From Nemertoderma westbladi (Eukaryota > Animalia > Xenacoelomorpha): a stretch of 64,000 nucleotides of DNA. Positions 26,990-40,199 of the stretch are shown here, one piece after another. The notes below the pieces were generated by a model. That model worked only from the letters and a program-made list of their open reading frames with translations, did no database searches and was not told the DNA's origin. The DNA is taken from contig JAUCBJ010006869.1 of the NCBI GenBank assembly GCA_032718475.1, forward strand, positions 56,332 to 120,331, in the 5' to 3' direction. The position numbers were made by a program, and so were the translations under genes. Position 1 is the first letter of the stretch. Each line of letters opens with the position of its first letter.

Positions 26990-29900
26990 CCATGGAGGTG
27001 TTGGCAACACACTTCCGCACTGGTGGCCTATCCGCCGGGCAGCCACATCAAGGAAGAAGGGGGAGAGAGAAGCTTAACTTACTCCGCACCCATGATACAC
27101 ATGATAGGGGACCTGCCGTTCATCGGCCAGCTTCACTGCCAGTCGCTTACTGAACAGTTGTGCAGAAGGTGCTGTTCCACAGAAATTAGAGAAGATGAGT
27201 GGGGTGCTCCACCTTACGTAGTCTCTCCTCATAATTTCGTCATTTCCTCGCCTCGTGGGAGATGGGCGGCATACCGATTTCAATCACCACATTGGTATCT
27301 GCCAGTGAGTTATACACCGACCCAATGATAAACATTTTCTGGATGCGATTGCCCCAGAATCTTCTCACCAACACATTGAGTTGTACCGGCTGGTCCGTCG
27401 ACATGGAGCAGAGGGAGAAGGTCTCCCCCGTTGTTAGTGGCTGGAGCATCGGCTCTACTGCCATGTTGTGGGACACCCCAGTCAGGGTTTCCATGACGAA
27501 ATCTAGAATCTCATTGTTTCTGATGGAGGGGAAACCTCCAGTGGGACATGACAGGATGTGGTTTGGCGAAATTGTGAGATGGTAGAAAAACAACGAGGTG
27601 GTAGGTTTCTCAGGACGAACGATAGTGAAGGCAAACCACATCCTGAAACTCCCCAGCTTGGATAAGTGAGTGTCGTGCAGTGTGATTGGTTTGCTATTTA
27701 GCCAACCAGATGCACATTTATTTATCTGTGGTCGCTTGACCAATTTATGTTGGTTGGAACACAATAATTGGTTATAAACCTCCTCAATTTTAGCTTTCGC
27801 TACAGCAAATGACGAAGCTGCAACTAACTTCGCCATGTGTGTCTGTTACTTTCTCACCACCGCCAACGGCTCACCTTTCAGGTATTTAAACGGTTCGCAA
27901 ATCCTCCTGGAACTTTCATACTGGGATTGTAAATCCACTGCGACTAGAATACGCAGCCCTTTAATCCGAACCGGCACTGAAAATCAAAAAAAAGATCACT
28001 GTGAGGGCTATACTGCCTTTACAGAAGCAGTTAAGTTAGCAGCTGCAGAAACAGTTCCTGTATACCCTCGAAACAGGAAAAGGGCCCCCTGGACTGACAA
28101 CAAAATTCAGAAGTGCCGAAATGACCTTCATAAGGCGCAGAAAGAGTCCCGACTCAAACAGACTACAGCGGCCAAGAATGCAGTTAAGGCTGCATCTAGG
28201 TCCCTGAACAGGCAGTACTCTGCTAATCTACAGGAGCTAATAAGCCAACAGGTTGATGCCATCAATGATGCTGACGACAGCAGGCAATCATCCCAGGCAT
28301 GGAAATCGATCAATCTGCTTACTGGGCGGAAAAGCCAACCAACCACCAAGGTTAAGGCTGAATCACCAGCCGATCGCCTCAATGGTTGGAAAGCCCACTT
28401 TGAAAAGCTCCTCAATAATGACAGGGTATTGCCTGATAACTATATAGAAGTAAAAGTGTCTGAGTCTGTACTCCCAGATATTCCCATTGGCGATATCTCC
28501 TTTGCAGAAGTGAAGGCTGCTGCAAAGAGCATTAAGACCAATCGTGCCAGTGGAGTAGATGGTGTTCCCCCTGAGGTCTTTAAAATACCTGAGTGTTTAA
28601 AGCTCATCTATCCCATCATAGTAGACATGTACCGAACAACAAGAGTCCCACAAGAAATGAAAACAAATAAGTTGGTGCCAGTTCCCAAGAAGGGCAACCT
28701 AACACTCTATGGTTCTTTTCGGGGAATCTCATTGATCTCGATTGCTGCAAAGCTATACAATAGGATTCTATTAAATCGCATCAGGGATCCCATTGAGAGA
28801 CTGCTCCGTGGAAATCAGAATGGGTTCCGTAAAGGTCGTGGGACCATGGAGCCCATTTTGGCACTTAGAAGGATAATTGAAGAGTTATCTAAAAAGAAAG
28901 ACAGACATCTGGCTGTTATCTTTGTTGACTTCTTCAAGGCCTTTGATTCAGTCTCTCGCTCACGTATGTTTAGCATACTTTCATTATATGGGATTCCTGA
29001 TGAAATTATTGCAGCAATCAGATCAGTATACGAAGGTTCGACAACATTTGTGTCTACTGTTGACGGTGACACAGAACCATTTAAGTGTTTGGGGCGTCCT
29101 CCAAGGAGACACACTTGCACTATTCTTGTTCATTATTGTGGTTGACTATGTTCTACGCATGTCCTTAGATCATTATAATGATGATGGGGTGATGATAACT
29201 CCACCTACTGGCTCCAGAAGTCGAGGAAATCCTGCCAAGTACCTAACTGATCTAGACTTTGCTAATGACTTAGGAGTACTCTCAGAATCATTAGAGGGAG
29301 CCCAACGGCTCCTCAGCTCATTAGAACATGCTGCTTCTAGTGTTGGTCTTTTTATTAACTCCAGAAAGACCAAAATTCTGACAGTTAACTTTGAAAGTCC
29401 TCAGCAAGTCTATGATCGGATGAGCATAAGCTCAAAGGATGGTATGCTTGAGCATGTGGACGACTTCTGTTACCTGGGATCATGGATCCGGAAGTCAGGA
29501 GAGGACCTTCGAATACCTAAGGGAAAGGCATGGGCAGCCTTGAATAGACTTTCCAGGATTTGGAAGTCACCGAGAATTAATCGGAAACTTAAGGTCCGAT
29601 TATTTAGAGCAGCAGTAGTTCCAGTACTCCTCTACGGGAGTCCATGCTGGGCTCATCTCTGGATGGCACATTCACAAGAATGCTACGCCGGGTACATTGT
29701 GTCAAGTACAATGCACACATCTCCAACCAGACACTATATAACATTGGAGGTGTCTCATTGGTTCCCCCAAGCTTGACACTAGAACAAAATCGCCTCCGCT
29801 TTGCAGGACATTGCTTTCGCCGTGAGGACCAGCCAGTGCATAATCTTGTACTTTGGCAGCCTCATGGAGTGAATAAGCATGGTGGACAGCCCATGACTTT

Positions 29901-30290
29901 CTTGAGACGCATCTTAAAGGACATTGGCCTTAAAGATGCGGATGATCTAGCAAATGTCATAGGTGATAGGGAGTTGTGGTGGTGCAATTTTGTTGACAAG
30001 CCGGCACAGCATTCTTAAAAATGCAGCTGCAATGCAGCATGCCGATCCTAGTAGTAGTAGTAGTAGGCACTGAAAATAACTGGCGTTCTTCTGGATTTAA
30101 TGCCGGGCGTTCCACTATCTCGCACAGGCAACTGTCTACAGCCATTTCCAGTCCAGAGAAACTCTCCGCAGCTCCTGGAAATACGCCCACCAGAAACCTC
30201 CACTGACAGGAAAGACTGAAGGAAAGTACAGTGTAGGCACAATGTGGATCAACAGCAACGATTGTTGAAGGTCAATGTACGTCTGTTGTC
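26990..30290 (-). mobile_element. CRE-clade non-LTR retrotransposon 3' fragment (post-RT region, Zn knuckle, restriction-like endonuclease), split by an RTE insertion
   Basis: Removing the RTE and one TSD joins ERQLFSVP to VRIKGLRI (LP..GGLGI motif). This is followed by ASGWLNSKP, HILSCPTGGFPSIRNNEI, VEPMLQPL, RRFWG and TPLIFSNFCG..KRLA. Confidence 0.82.
27985..30065 (+). mobile_element. RTE-clade LINE, 5'-truncated, frameshifted RT
   Basis: RT motifs SGVDGVPPE, PKKG, FRGISLIS, QNGFRKGR, FVDFFKAFDSV, GVLQGD, LDFAND and YLGS are present. (TAG)n tail. 12-bp TSD GGCACTGAAAAT at 27973-27984 and 30066-30077. Confidence 0.92.
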
Positions 30291-31049
30291 AATTCTGCTA
30301 CTTTATCGTATAAAATCGTAGGCCTACATTTCAAACAAATAATGATGTGAAACTGAGAACATAAACACTCATGGCATTCTCATTATCAACAAAGACCTAG
30401 ACAATTTCAATTTTCAATAATTAATTCTGTATTATTTACTGCATGTATGTGGCAATTAATTAGTGGTGCTGGAGATGCAATGGTTCAAAAAGCTTCCTCA
30501 GAATAACCATTAATTCTTCTGGAATGAATTCTTACTATGAACATTTTTCATTGCCATCTTTTTATTGGCTGTAACATATAGTTTCATTATATCATGTCTG
30601 TCATTGGCTAAACCATTCCAGCACCTTTGCAGTTTTATAACAATCACTCAAGTAAATTCAGTGATTGTTTCTTAAATCGGATAGCTTTAGCGTGATTTTA
30701 TGACTACAATATAATATAATATAATATGTCTTATTTATGAGTATCATTATTAATATTTCATGATTACAAACACAAAATAAATGTTTACTGTATATTAATC
30801 AAATTCCTGTAGGTTTCAGAAGCATTACCGGTACTATAGTCTTGAATGGTGGTGGACGGTGAGTCTGTTAGTTTATTTTATATCTGCCCCACGTTCACAC
30901 TACTGTGGAAAGAGCCACGTACTTCACAATTTGGGGCGAGCTTCGTAGGTCACATTGTGAGGAGAGCCATAAAACTCATCCTGTATATTTTTAATGTTTT
31001 CAAACAAACTCATACAAAAATGCAATTAAATCGCATGAAAGGCTAATAA

Positions 31050-32370
31050 AATGTTGTATAAAATATAATGTTGCGGGGGGTCATATTGATCCCACCACCC
31101 CCCCCCCACCCCCACCACCCCACCACCCCACCACCCCACCCCACCACCCCACCACCCCACCACCCCACCACCCCACCACCCCACCACCCCACCACCCCAC
31201 CCACCCCCCACCACCCCACCACCCTACCACCCCACCCCCCTCTAAGATGTACAAATTTTAACAATATCGTCTAATTTTTTATTTGTATGTAAATTTGACT
31301 ATTCTGATTTTCAACGGAGAAATAAAATTTCAAAAAAATTTACTGAGGTGGTTTTTTTGCATAGCAACAAAATTTCAAGGAGCGAACAATTTTAAAAAAA
31401 TATAAATATTACAATTTTCACCTTATCTTTTTCTATATATGTTTTCTAGAGCGCTGAATCCATTGGAAGATATTTAAAAATCATCCGTATATTATGAATG
31501 GCAGTTTTAGTCCTCTAAGTAAGCAATAATGAAAAAAACAAGTAAACAGCACTAATTCGATTTTGAACACAAAACATTTAATTTACTTTTATTTATTTTA
31601 ATTTTTAATTTATTATTTAATCCAGATTAAAAATCCACAGATAAGCACGACAAATAAATGACATAATCAATATTAAATATGTGCAGGCAAATTACAATAT
31701 AGAACTAAGGAAAATATATTTACGTATAATACACAAATACGTATAATGCTATAAATTCATTTTGTTTTAGGTATTTCTGGGCTGTTCTAAGGGAATTCAT
31801 TTATAATGCTCTAGATCATTATGACTCGTATTTTTCGGCGTAATATAGTAAATTTTGGTGCTAGCACCAAATTTCGCACCCATACTTCCGAAAAATACAA
31901 ATTTGAGAACTCTTATGAACTCTATGCAATTCGTACTTATTCTATTGAATTCAGATCCTTCACAAACCCATATGACGTAAGTAACAAGATTACACAAGGA
32001 AATTATATATTTGATGGTTTTCAAAATTTGGTTCTTGCACAAAAATTTTGCACCTAATTAGTTTTTATTTTATTCTATTGAATTCAGAACCCTCATCATA
32101 AACCTATAAAATGCTAGAAAAAGATGTCAGATTAAATTGAAGTATTTGGGGTATTTTCAAAATTTCGTGCGATCACCATATAGAGGCCAAAAATTCGCAA
32201 AACCTTTCTTAATGCGAATTCCGTGCAGAATTTAATTAAAATTTAAATATGCAGGATATTATTTCTCAACATGTTTATTTTCGGAGATATAATCATTTTA
32301 CTATTTCATGTTTCATAAAATATCAACTTAATATTATTTAACCGAAAAAATGTATTATTCCTGACAGATA
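31050..32370 (+). mobile_element. Unclassified non-autonomous dispersed repeat (inverted relative at ~47280-48740)
   Basis: Shares blocks in reverse complement with 47.5-48.7 kb: ggggtcatattga near the end, repeated aattttggtgctagcac motif, and actcgtattttt.ggcgtaatat. Confidence 0.6.
31091..31240. repeat. C/A-rich simple repeat (CCACCCCA)n
   Basis: Directly visible low-complexity tract. The opposite strand has many G runs (G-quadruplex-prone). Confidence 0.9.
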
Positions 32371-32377
32371 GACAGAT

Positions 32378-33294
32378 CTGGGCGGGCGACAAGAAGCTCC
32401 GTTAGTGCTAACGGCGCCGTTAAATAAAATTATAACCGACACGAAACCTCCGTTAAATTAACGGCGGCTTTAACTAACGGAAGCCAGCGTCTCGAAGCTC
32501 CGTTACACTAACGGAGGACTCTCCGTTAAGGTATTTTACACCATGCTCCAGAAGGCACCTTTGGTTCCGTTTTGTATTCTACATAACTAATAATGCATTC
32601 TGAATGGATTCATGAATGAAGTAATGAATAAGAATGACAGGGTCCAATTCATTCTCCACCAACAACAACAGACATAGGACATGTGAACATGATGAATATG
32701 AACATGAACATGGTTGTTGGTGGTGTTGGTGGTGGGTAATTGAGATTTCCACAGGAAATCAATTTTTTATAGCTTTCATAGTATATAGAACTTGAATCCA
32801 TGTCCGGTGTATAACATTCAAACCTCTGCTCATAATCCAAGTTATATTTGTCCGTAACTCTAATAATGTGGCGCGTTGCAGCTGGTGTGGATTTAGATGT
32901 GCAATTACGAATTTTCCGTCATCGGTTAGACCCTGTCAGCGATCTTTCAGCGATACCAAATTTTACGAACGATATATTTTGGTTCACAAAAGAAGTTGCG
33001 GCAGATTTGTGCGACAGCTTATAGACGAAGACACAGAGGTCGGTGCTTTTGCAGCCGCATTTCACATTACAGTCATAAAATTTTAAATTTTTTGAATTAT
33101 GACAACAACACTTATGGGTCTTATGTCAATTTGAATGATATAATTTTTAGTAGTAATGGAGCCTTAACGGAGAGTTCACTAACGGATGCCTAAATACTCG
33201 TTCATGTCGCCAATTAGAAGTTCTCCGTTAAGTGCACTTCCGTTAAACCTCCGTTAATTTTAAAATTAACGGAGCTTCGTGTCACCCACCCCAG
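32378..33294. mobile_element. Non-autonomous TIR element, copy 1 (hAT-like termini) with many CCGTTA/TAACGG subterminal motifs
   Basis: Left ctgggcgggcgacaagaagctccgtta pairs with right taacggagcttcgtgtcacccaccccag. The interior is homologous to 33761-34872. Confidence 0.7.
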
Positions 33295-33760
33295 ATTTCA
33301 CCAAAGACTGACATTCGAAATGATATTAAGGGACCCCGAAAACCACCATGGTGAAGAATTTTAGCTAGGTTGTGTATTATTTTATTATAATGTTGGCAGG
33401 CATAACAACAGACAGACATACGGACAGAGAGACAGACACGACATCAACACTGGCATCGAAAATGGAATGACCCGTAACGAAATTTCTTTCTAAGCCATAC
33501 GTATATATTTTCATTATTTACTGAAAATCGGATATAGATAGACATATCCAATTTTGCGCCGGAGGAGGTTTTAACCTTTAAAATATGAATTTTACTTGGA
33601 AACTCAATTGTTTTAAACAATGGTCTAAACATATTGACCACCAATAAAACTTCTGGTCTGAATTTTGAATTTTTCGTTCAAGTATAATATAATAAGAATA
33701 ATAGTGTTGGACGTTACTAAACTTCAATCACTGAAATCACAGCCTTTATGATAGACAAGA

Positions 33761-34872
33761 AGCGGGCAGGCGACAAGAAGCTCCGTTACACTAACGGATG
33801 ACTCTCCGTTACGGTATTTTACACCATCCACCAGTAGGCACCTTTAAGGTTCCGTTACACTAACGGAGGACTCTCCGTTAAGGTATTTTACACCATCCAC
33901 CAGTAGGCACCTTTAAGGTTCCGTTACACTAACGGAGGACTCTCCGTTAAGGTATTTTACACCATCCACCAGTAGGCACCTTTAAGGTTCCGTTACACTA
34001 ACGGAGGACTCTCCGTTAAGGTATTTTACACCATCCACCAGTAGGCACCTTTAAGGTTCCGTTACACTAACGGAGGACTCTCCGTTAAGGTATTTTACAC
34101 CATGCTCCAGATAGCACCTTTAAGGTTCCGTTAAGAAATGTTTTGTATTCTACCCTACATAACTAAATGCATTCTGAAAAACTATATTTATAGCTTTCAT
34201 AGTATAGAACTTGAATTCACGTTCTGTGTGACATTCAATCATCTCCGCATTATTCAAGTCCTATTCGTCGGTAGTTCTAATTAAACATTGCGGCGCGTTA
34301 CAGCTGATGTGGGAGGACTTAGATGTGCAATAACAGTTATAAACACAGTTCAACTTAGTTTTCCGTCATCAGTTAGACCCTTTCAGCAATCTTCGAGATA
34401 CCTAATTTTACGAACGATTCCTCAATGACCAGGTGGAAGTCGTTGGTCATTGAGTAGATTAGATTTCTACCCAATACTCGGGCACTTCATATGCTCTATT
34501 AGTTGATGATGTTATATTCCCGATCTTAACATTAATTGTGTTCGTTATGGCCTACACATGAAACTGTAGCGGTAGTATTTACTGCTTTGGTGTACATTAT
34601 TTTTTAGATGTGGAAGGGTTTCAATTTGAAACGGCACTCCAACAATAACATTATCGAGTTGCCTAAGCAACGAAAACAACACTCACGTGTAGGCAATTTT
34701 ATCATCATTTGGAAAGTATCACTTTTATTACTAACGGAGCCTTAACGGAGAACTCACTAACGGACGCCTAAATACTCGTTCATGTCGCCCATTATGACTT
34801 CTCCGTTAAGTACACTTCCGTTAAACCTCCGTTAACTTTAAAATTAACGGAGCTTCATGTCACCCGCCCCTG
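33761..34872. mobile_element. Non-autonomous TIR element, copy 2 of the same family
   Basis: gggcaggcgacaagaagctccgtta ... taacggagcttcatgtcacccgcccctg. Shares internal blocks with copy 1. Confidence 0.7.
33783..34133. repeat. 69-bp tandem repeat x5 inside the TIR element
   Basis: ccgttacactaacggaggactctccgttaaggtattttacaccatccaccagtaggcacctttaaggtt starts at 33783, 33852, 33921, 33990 and 34059. Confidence 0.95.
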
Positions 34873-36334
34873 GATTGCTATAAATGGCACAAAAGAACCC
34901 ATCCTACGTGGGCATTGCGTCATTTTAAATTCGATATTGTTTGCCATACAATAGAAAAAATTTAAAAGAAAGTGTTGGACATTATCTGGAACTATGCCAA
35001 TAACTCTGGAGGCCTTCAAACATAGTATTGGAACATTAGCTCGTACTATTGAATGTCCAATCTCATCACTACACAGATACATTACCACTGTAATCATCGA
35101 CAGAATCACCTCTGCTCTAGCTGAACCCAAACGGAAAACTAAAGGGGTCATCAGTGGCTTTCCCCTTCCACAACTAAACTCATTACTGATGTACCAATAC
35201 TGCAGGAAGAAGCTCACTAAACGCATTGTCCCCGGGTCACCACACCATACTTAAAAGACCTTGCTAATTCAAACTTCATCACGAACTGTTTTAATCTTGA
35301 TGCGTTTACTCTGACTCAAAAACTAGGTACCATTGGGAACTACTTTGGCATTGTGTGAATTAGTATTTTAGCGACGATATCCTAGGGTATCTTTTTAGCT
35401 GCTATGATGATTTTATTTAAATATTTTAATTTGTCGGCGCTGTCCGAATTAAACCACTAATAATAATAATAATTACAATTGGATAGAGGTAGCTTTTAAT
35501 GCTTAATGTATGAGAAGCATTCTATATTTATGACGTAGAACTACCTCATTGGAATGTGCATTTACGGCTGATTACAATGATGCCGAGGATAGCCTATATG
35601 GATAAACAGTAAAAAAATATTTCGCCTTGAATTTTGGTATTTTGTTTTTACCTTAGTCTTGATGATGGTCGATATAATCGCAAAATTTTCTACTTTATAC
35701 CCTCAAATCAATGTAAATTTTGTCAAAGTCGAAACATTTATAAAATTTATTTTTTTCATGTCCTGTCCCATTTTCTGGGGAAATGCCCATAGGTGTTGGA
35801 CTCTGTAAATTTACACTGTAGAATAACTTCTCTACATGACGTGTCTAAGAATATTGCAGATCAAAAACATATAAAATTACTTCATTAATATTATTCTTAG
35901 AGGAAGTCAAATTCATGATTTGTACCTCCATGCTCTCAATCTTAAGAAAAGATTTTCTTTGGACGTCTGCTTGCAATCCAGCATTACCATTATTGTTCTC
36001 CAACAGGTCCGCAGACACTTGACACCGTCCAGATGAATGAACTTCTTGGTTAATTAAGATGATGCAAATCATTAAATAAAGAAGCAAAAGCAAAGGGTTT
36101 AAATGATATTAATCAGCAAATGGACAAACACCCTATAGTGATGGTTCTCACCAGAATGCCAATTAGATGAAATTGTGTGAGTTTCTATAATAAAGAGAAC
36201 CAGGGAGGTTGCGGTTGAGTGCACATTGAATCACGATAATGCATTACCATGATTTTCTCGTCACATATAAATTGGCGTTATTATACCCTGAAAGTATCGT
36301 TTACATAAAGCAATCCCTAAAGGGAACTATATCC

Positions 36335-36520
36335 GGTCTGGAGATACAAAGTCCGGCCCAGAGATACTAAGTCCGGCCCAGAGATACAAAGTCCGGCCCA
36401 GAGATACTAAGTCCGGCCCAGAGATACAAAGTCCGGCCCAGAGATACTAAGTCCGGCCCAGAGATACTATCTCCGGACTGGATATATAAAGTCCGGCACG
36501 GAGATACAAAGTTCAGCCCA
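36335..36520. repeat. 20-bp minisatellite with alternating variants (40-bp dimer)
   Basis: gagatacaaagtccggccca alternates with gagatactaagtccggccca. Confidence 0.92.
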
Positions 36521-37720
36521 TGCTGGTCCTCAAGGCGAAAATAATGTGCTGGTAAGCGGAGGCGGCTTTGCGCTTTGTTCAAGTCTCAAGCTTGGTGGGA
36601 CTAATGGAACACCTCCAATGTTATATAGTGTCTGGTTGGAGATGTGTGCATTGTACATGACACAGTGAACCCGGCGTAGCATTCTTGTGTATTTACCATT
36701 CAGAGAGTTGGTATCCTTAGAAGTTAGAGCCATGGACTCAGTTCCTTCTCTCAGGTTTTTGTCAGTTCTTGTTTCAGCATATAGACTGCCATATAGGAGT
36801 ACTGGTTCTACTGCAACTCTAAATAATTTAACCGTAAGTTACCTATGTATTCTATGTGACTACCAAATCCTTGGCAGCTCAAATTGTAATTTTGCACCAT
36901 GAGAATCGAATGAGCCTAAAATAATTATATTCTTCTGAACTAGAACTGGAGCTAATACATTTTGAAGATCTCCTATGAATGATACGTATATGCAGTGTAA
37001 TCTCGCATAGTCCTGTAGTCTGCTAATCGCTTAATCGAGATCCATCGCCATCATTGTTCCAGAGACTTGAAGTTGGATTATAAACTGACCAGTAAGTCCC
37101 CAATAATCATAAAGAATTCGGATACATCCAATTGGAAAATCTGAGCCCATAAATTTGCATAAATGCAAATATCAAACTTCTTCGCATTTATTATTAGTAA
37201 ATTCGCCATAGTAAAATCGCTATATCTCTTAAAGTAAACGAATGTGAATTTGACTTTTTTCATATTTTAATTTTTTCACAGACAAGCATCCTTGAATTCG
37301 GCAAAGGATTATGTCACTATTGGATCTGGAAGTACAGATTGCCTGTCAACCTTTGTGGTGGGTTGGCTTGTTTCCACAGTCGTCAAGTTTATCGATTTCC
37401 ATGCTTGGGCTGTTACCTGCTGTCATCTGTGGCATTGTATTGATGGTATCAACCTGGTCGTTGATAAGCTCCGGTTGATTATGTATCCTGTAGACTGAGT
37501 ACTGCCTGTTCACGTTCAGGGGCCTTGATGCCTCCTTAACTGCGTTCTTGGCCGCCGTAGTCTGTATGAGTGGGACTCTTTCTGTGCCTTCGTGAGATCC
37601 TTTCGTCACTTCCGAATTATGTAGTCAGCCCAGGTTGCTTTTTCTCTCTTTCTAGGATATATACGAACTTTTTCTGCCGCTGCAGACTTAACTGCGACTG
37701 TGAAGGCAGTATAACCCTTG
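36520..37720 (-). mobile_element. Fragmented, diverged RTE LINE copy (pieces ~36520-36880 and ~37330-37720)
   Basis: TRMLRRVHCVMYNAHISNQTLYNIGGVPLVPPSL and TTAAKNAVKEASR match the RTE at 27985-30065. Confidence 0.82.
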
Positions 37721-40199
37721 CAATGATATGTTGTATGAAGTTGTTTGCAACACAGGGTTGTTGCTATAGAGAGCTACAACCGGGGAGACTAAGTTTCAAC
37801 TTATCCAAACTGATGTTTTGTGATGAATGATGACTGGTGAAGGACTATATATATTCTGACCAGAATTTGATCCCATAGAAATAACATTAACTTTCCGTTT
37901 GGATCTGTTCTGTAGGTTATGTATGGTAGCAGGTACTTCCTGCTACCTGTTATAAGGAATTCAACAGAAAGTGTACACTTTCTTCATAAGTTTTTGAAGT
38001 GTATGTATAATATATATAATATTATATAATAAAATATATGTAATTTGTTTTTGTCTAGTCAGGCATTATTGCATAATAGGGCATTATTATTGCATTCATA
38101 TCTGTTCATTTTGGCTTTTCTAAATATACTTCCACTGGTCACAGATATGGACCGCGCCAGTTCAGCACCAACCACAATGTGAATTGTTTTCATATAATAG
38201 ACAACGTCCAAATATAATGTTCCAATATTCACCTCACCACATTTGCTGATTCACGCTGCCTAAGTTAGTTTTGTGTGGGATTGCCTCCTGCATGCAAAGG
38301 TTGTTTACTATTTTCGTTGTGGGTGAGTGAAAGTATTCGATATCGGAAGTTATTTTAGTGTACTACGGTGTTTCGAGATTGACTTGCACTTTATATATTA
38401 CGTAGGATAAGTTATATCTTATAATAAATATGTTAAAATAGAAAATAATATTAAATCTGGAACTACATTATATTCGATCTAGGAATATAATAAATATTGA
38501 GATACACAGTATCACTCATATCACATTACATGATTAATTCAATTTCGATACGATTAGCTGTTAATTACAAGTTTTGAATTGGGGGTCTGGTGAGATTAGA
38601 ATTCGCGTAAAGAATAAATGAAGTATATATATATATCGTTATTGATAACTCTAGAAACATATTATATTATACGCAACACATTCCTAATAACGGTTTAAAT
38701 AAAAAATTTCCTACTGTAAGTAATTAGGATATACTGCACAGCACATACAGTTGTATTGTAATGAAGTTATATGGGAAATGTAATCTGTCTCTGTAAATAT
38801 AGAAGTTTGTCTTTCTTTATTATAGTTCAATATTATACAGTAAATTAAACAACGGGTGTATTGGCAATGTATTTGCGTTACACAAACATTACGTCATGAA
38901 ATATAACCCTCGTATTGTATTATGTCTTTCCTTGGTTATTGTAATTGTCTAAAATAAAAAATCAATATAAAATTGAAATTAATAAGAGATAAGTAAGTAC
39001 TAATAATAAGAGATTAAGTGGAAATTATATTTATGTGTAATGTGTGTATGGAAGAAGTGTAGGCCTGTATTATAAATGCTGCACACGGTTTCACCTAATG
39101 TATTGGTTCTTTTGCAATATCCGCAGATGAATTTCCATGCCACTGTGACATATAATTACCAGAGTGCATGTTTGTCAGTATGAAGATATCACAGTTGGTG
39201 GATTCACAGTTATTTAAATGTTCTCCCTGGAGGTTGCTCACTGTTCAGTGGTAGAACGATTGCACTATTATAGGGAAGGGCCCTGGTCTCAGTGTTAATT
39301 TTACCACAACTTTAGATATTGAAGCCTATGTATGAAATTATAGTGGAATTTATATTTATATATTAAAGCGTGTATTGAGCGTCAACACAAATAACATTAC
39401 TCGCAACTTTTTTTTTCCCATATATCAACAGTACAAAATGTTTGAGGATGGAATCTAATTTGAGAACTTGGTGTTAATTATTTAACATCCCCACTAATTT
39501 GGAAATTGCGACCAATCTAGCAATCTCAATCCCCCCCCCCCCCCCCCCCCCCCGAATTGTTCATATTGGCCTGTCCTCCTTAACCCTACCTACATGACCC
39601 CGAAGCCCGACGCCGAAGGAAGAGTTCCTAAATTAAAGTAGCCAAGGATTCATAAAGATAATTAAACTCTCCAGTTGAGGCCAGTAGACAGACAGAGATT
39701 TCTCGACACCAGTTACTAACGACAGTAGTATCACTTTCCTTCCTGTGTACTTTCATTTTCTCACTTCCATAACGTTACAACGACCATCATTAACAAGGAT
39801 CGTGGCGTACTCAAGGGTTTTCTAGTTTTATCATATTGTTATGGAGGCAGACTCGGTGTCTTGTGGATAAGTCATTGTATACATTCATTGGAACAGGACA
39901 CCGTGCAGGTACAGAGAGGAAATAATGTCTCGGTACTCATTCTAACTTGGTTGAGCGAGCTGCTGCCAATCTATTGGTTGCAAGATCGAGCCCCACCAAT
40001 GTCAACTCTGGGGTCGATAATATGAGAACCAGTTGATTTACTAGGAGCAAAACAATTGACATGAGTTGCACATTATTGTCTACGGAAAAATATGATTGAT
40101 TTTTCTTCAGCAACTTATATAGTATTCACTTTTTAATACTTATATAAAAAGAATTGTATATTTTTAATGAATATATCTGGAGAACTGACCAATAAACTG

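Noticed and set aside
31026-31274. Gly/Trp- or Pro/His-rich ORFs
   Set aside because: These are translations of a simple C/A repeat.
34855-35254. ORFs of 86-123 aa as a gene fragment
   Set aside because: No motif I can confidently recognise and no clear splice or start context.
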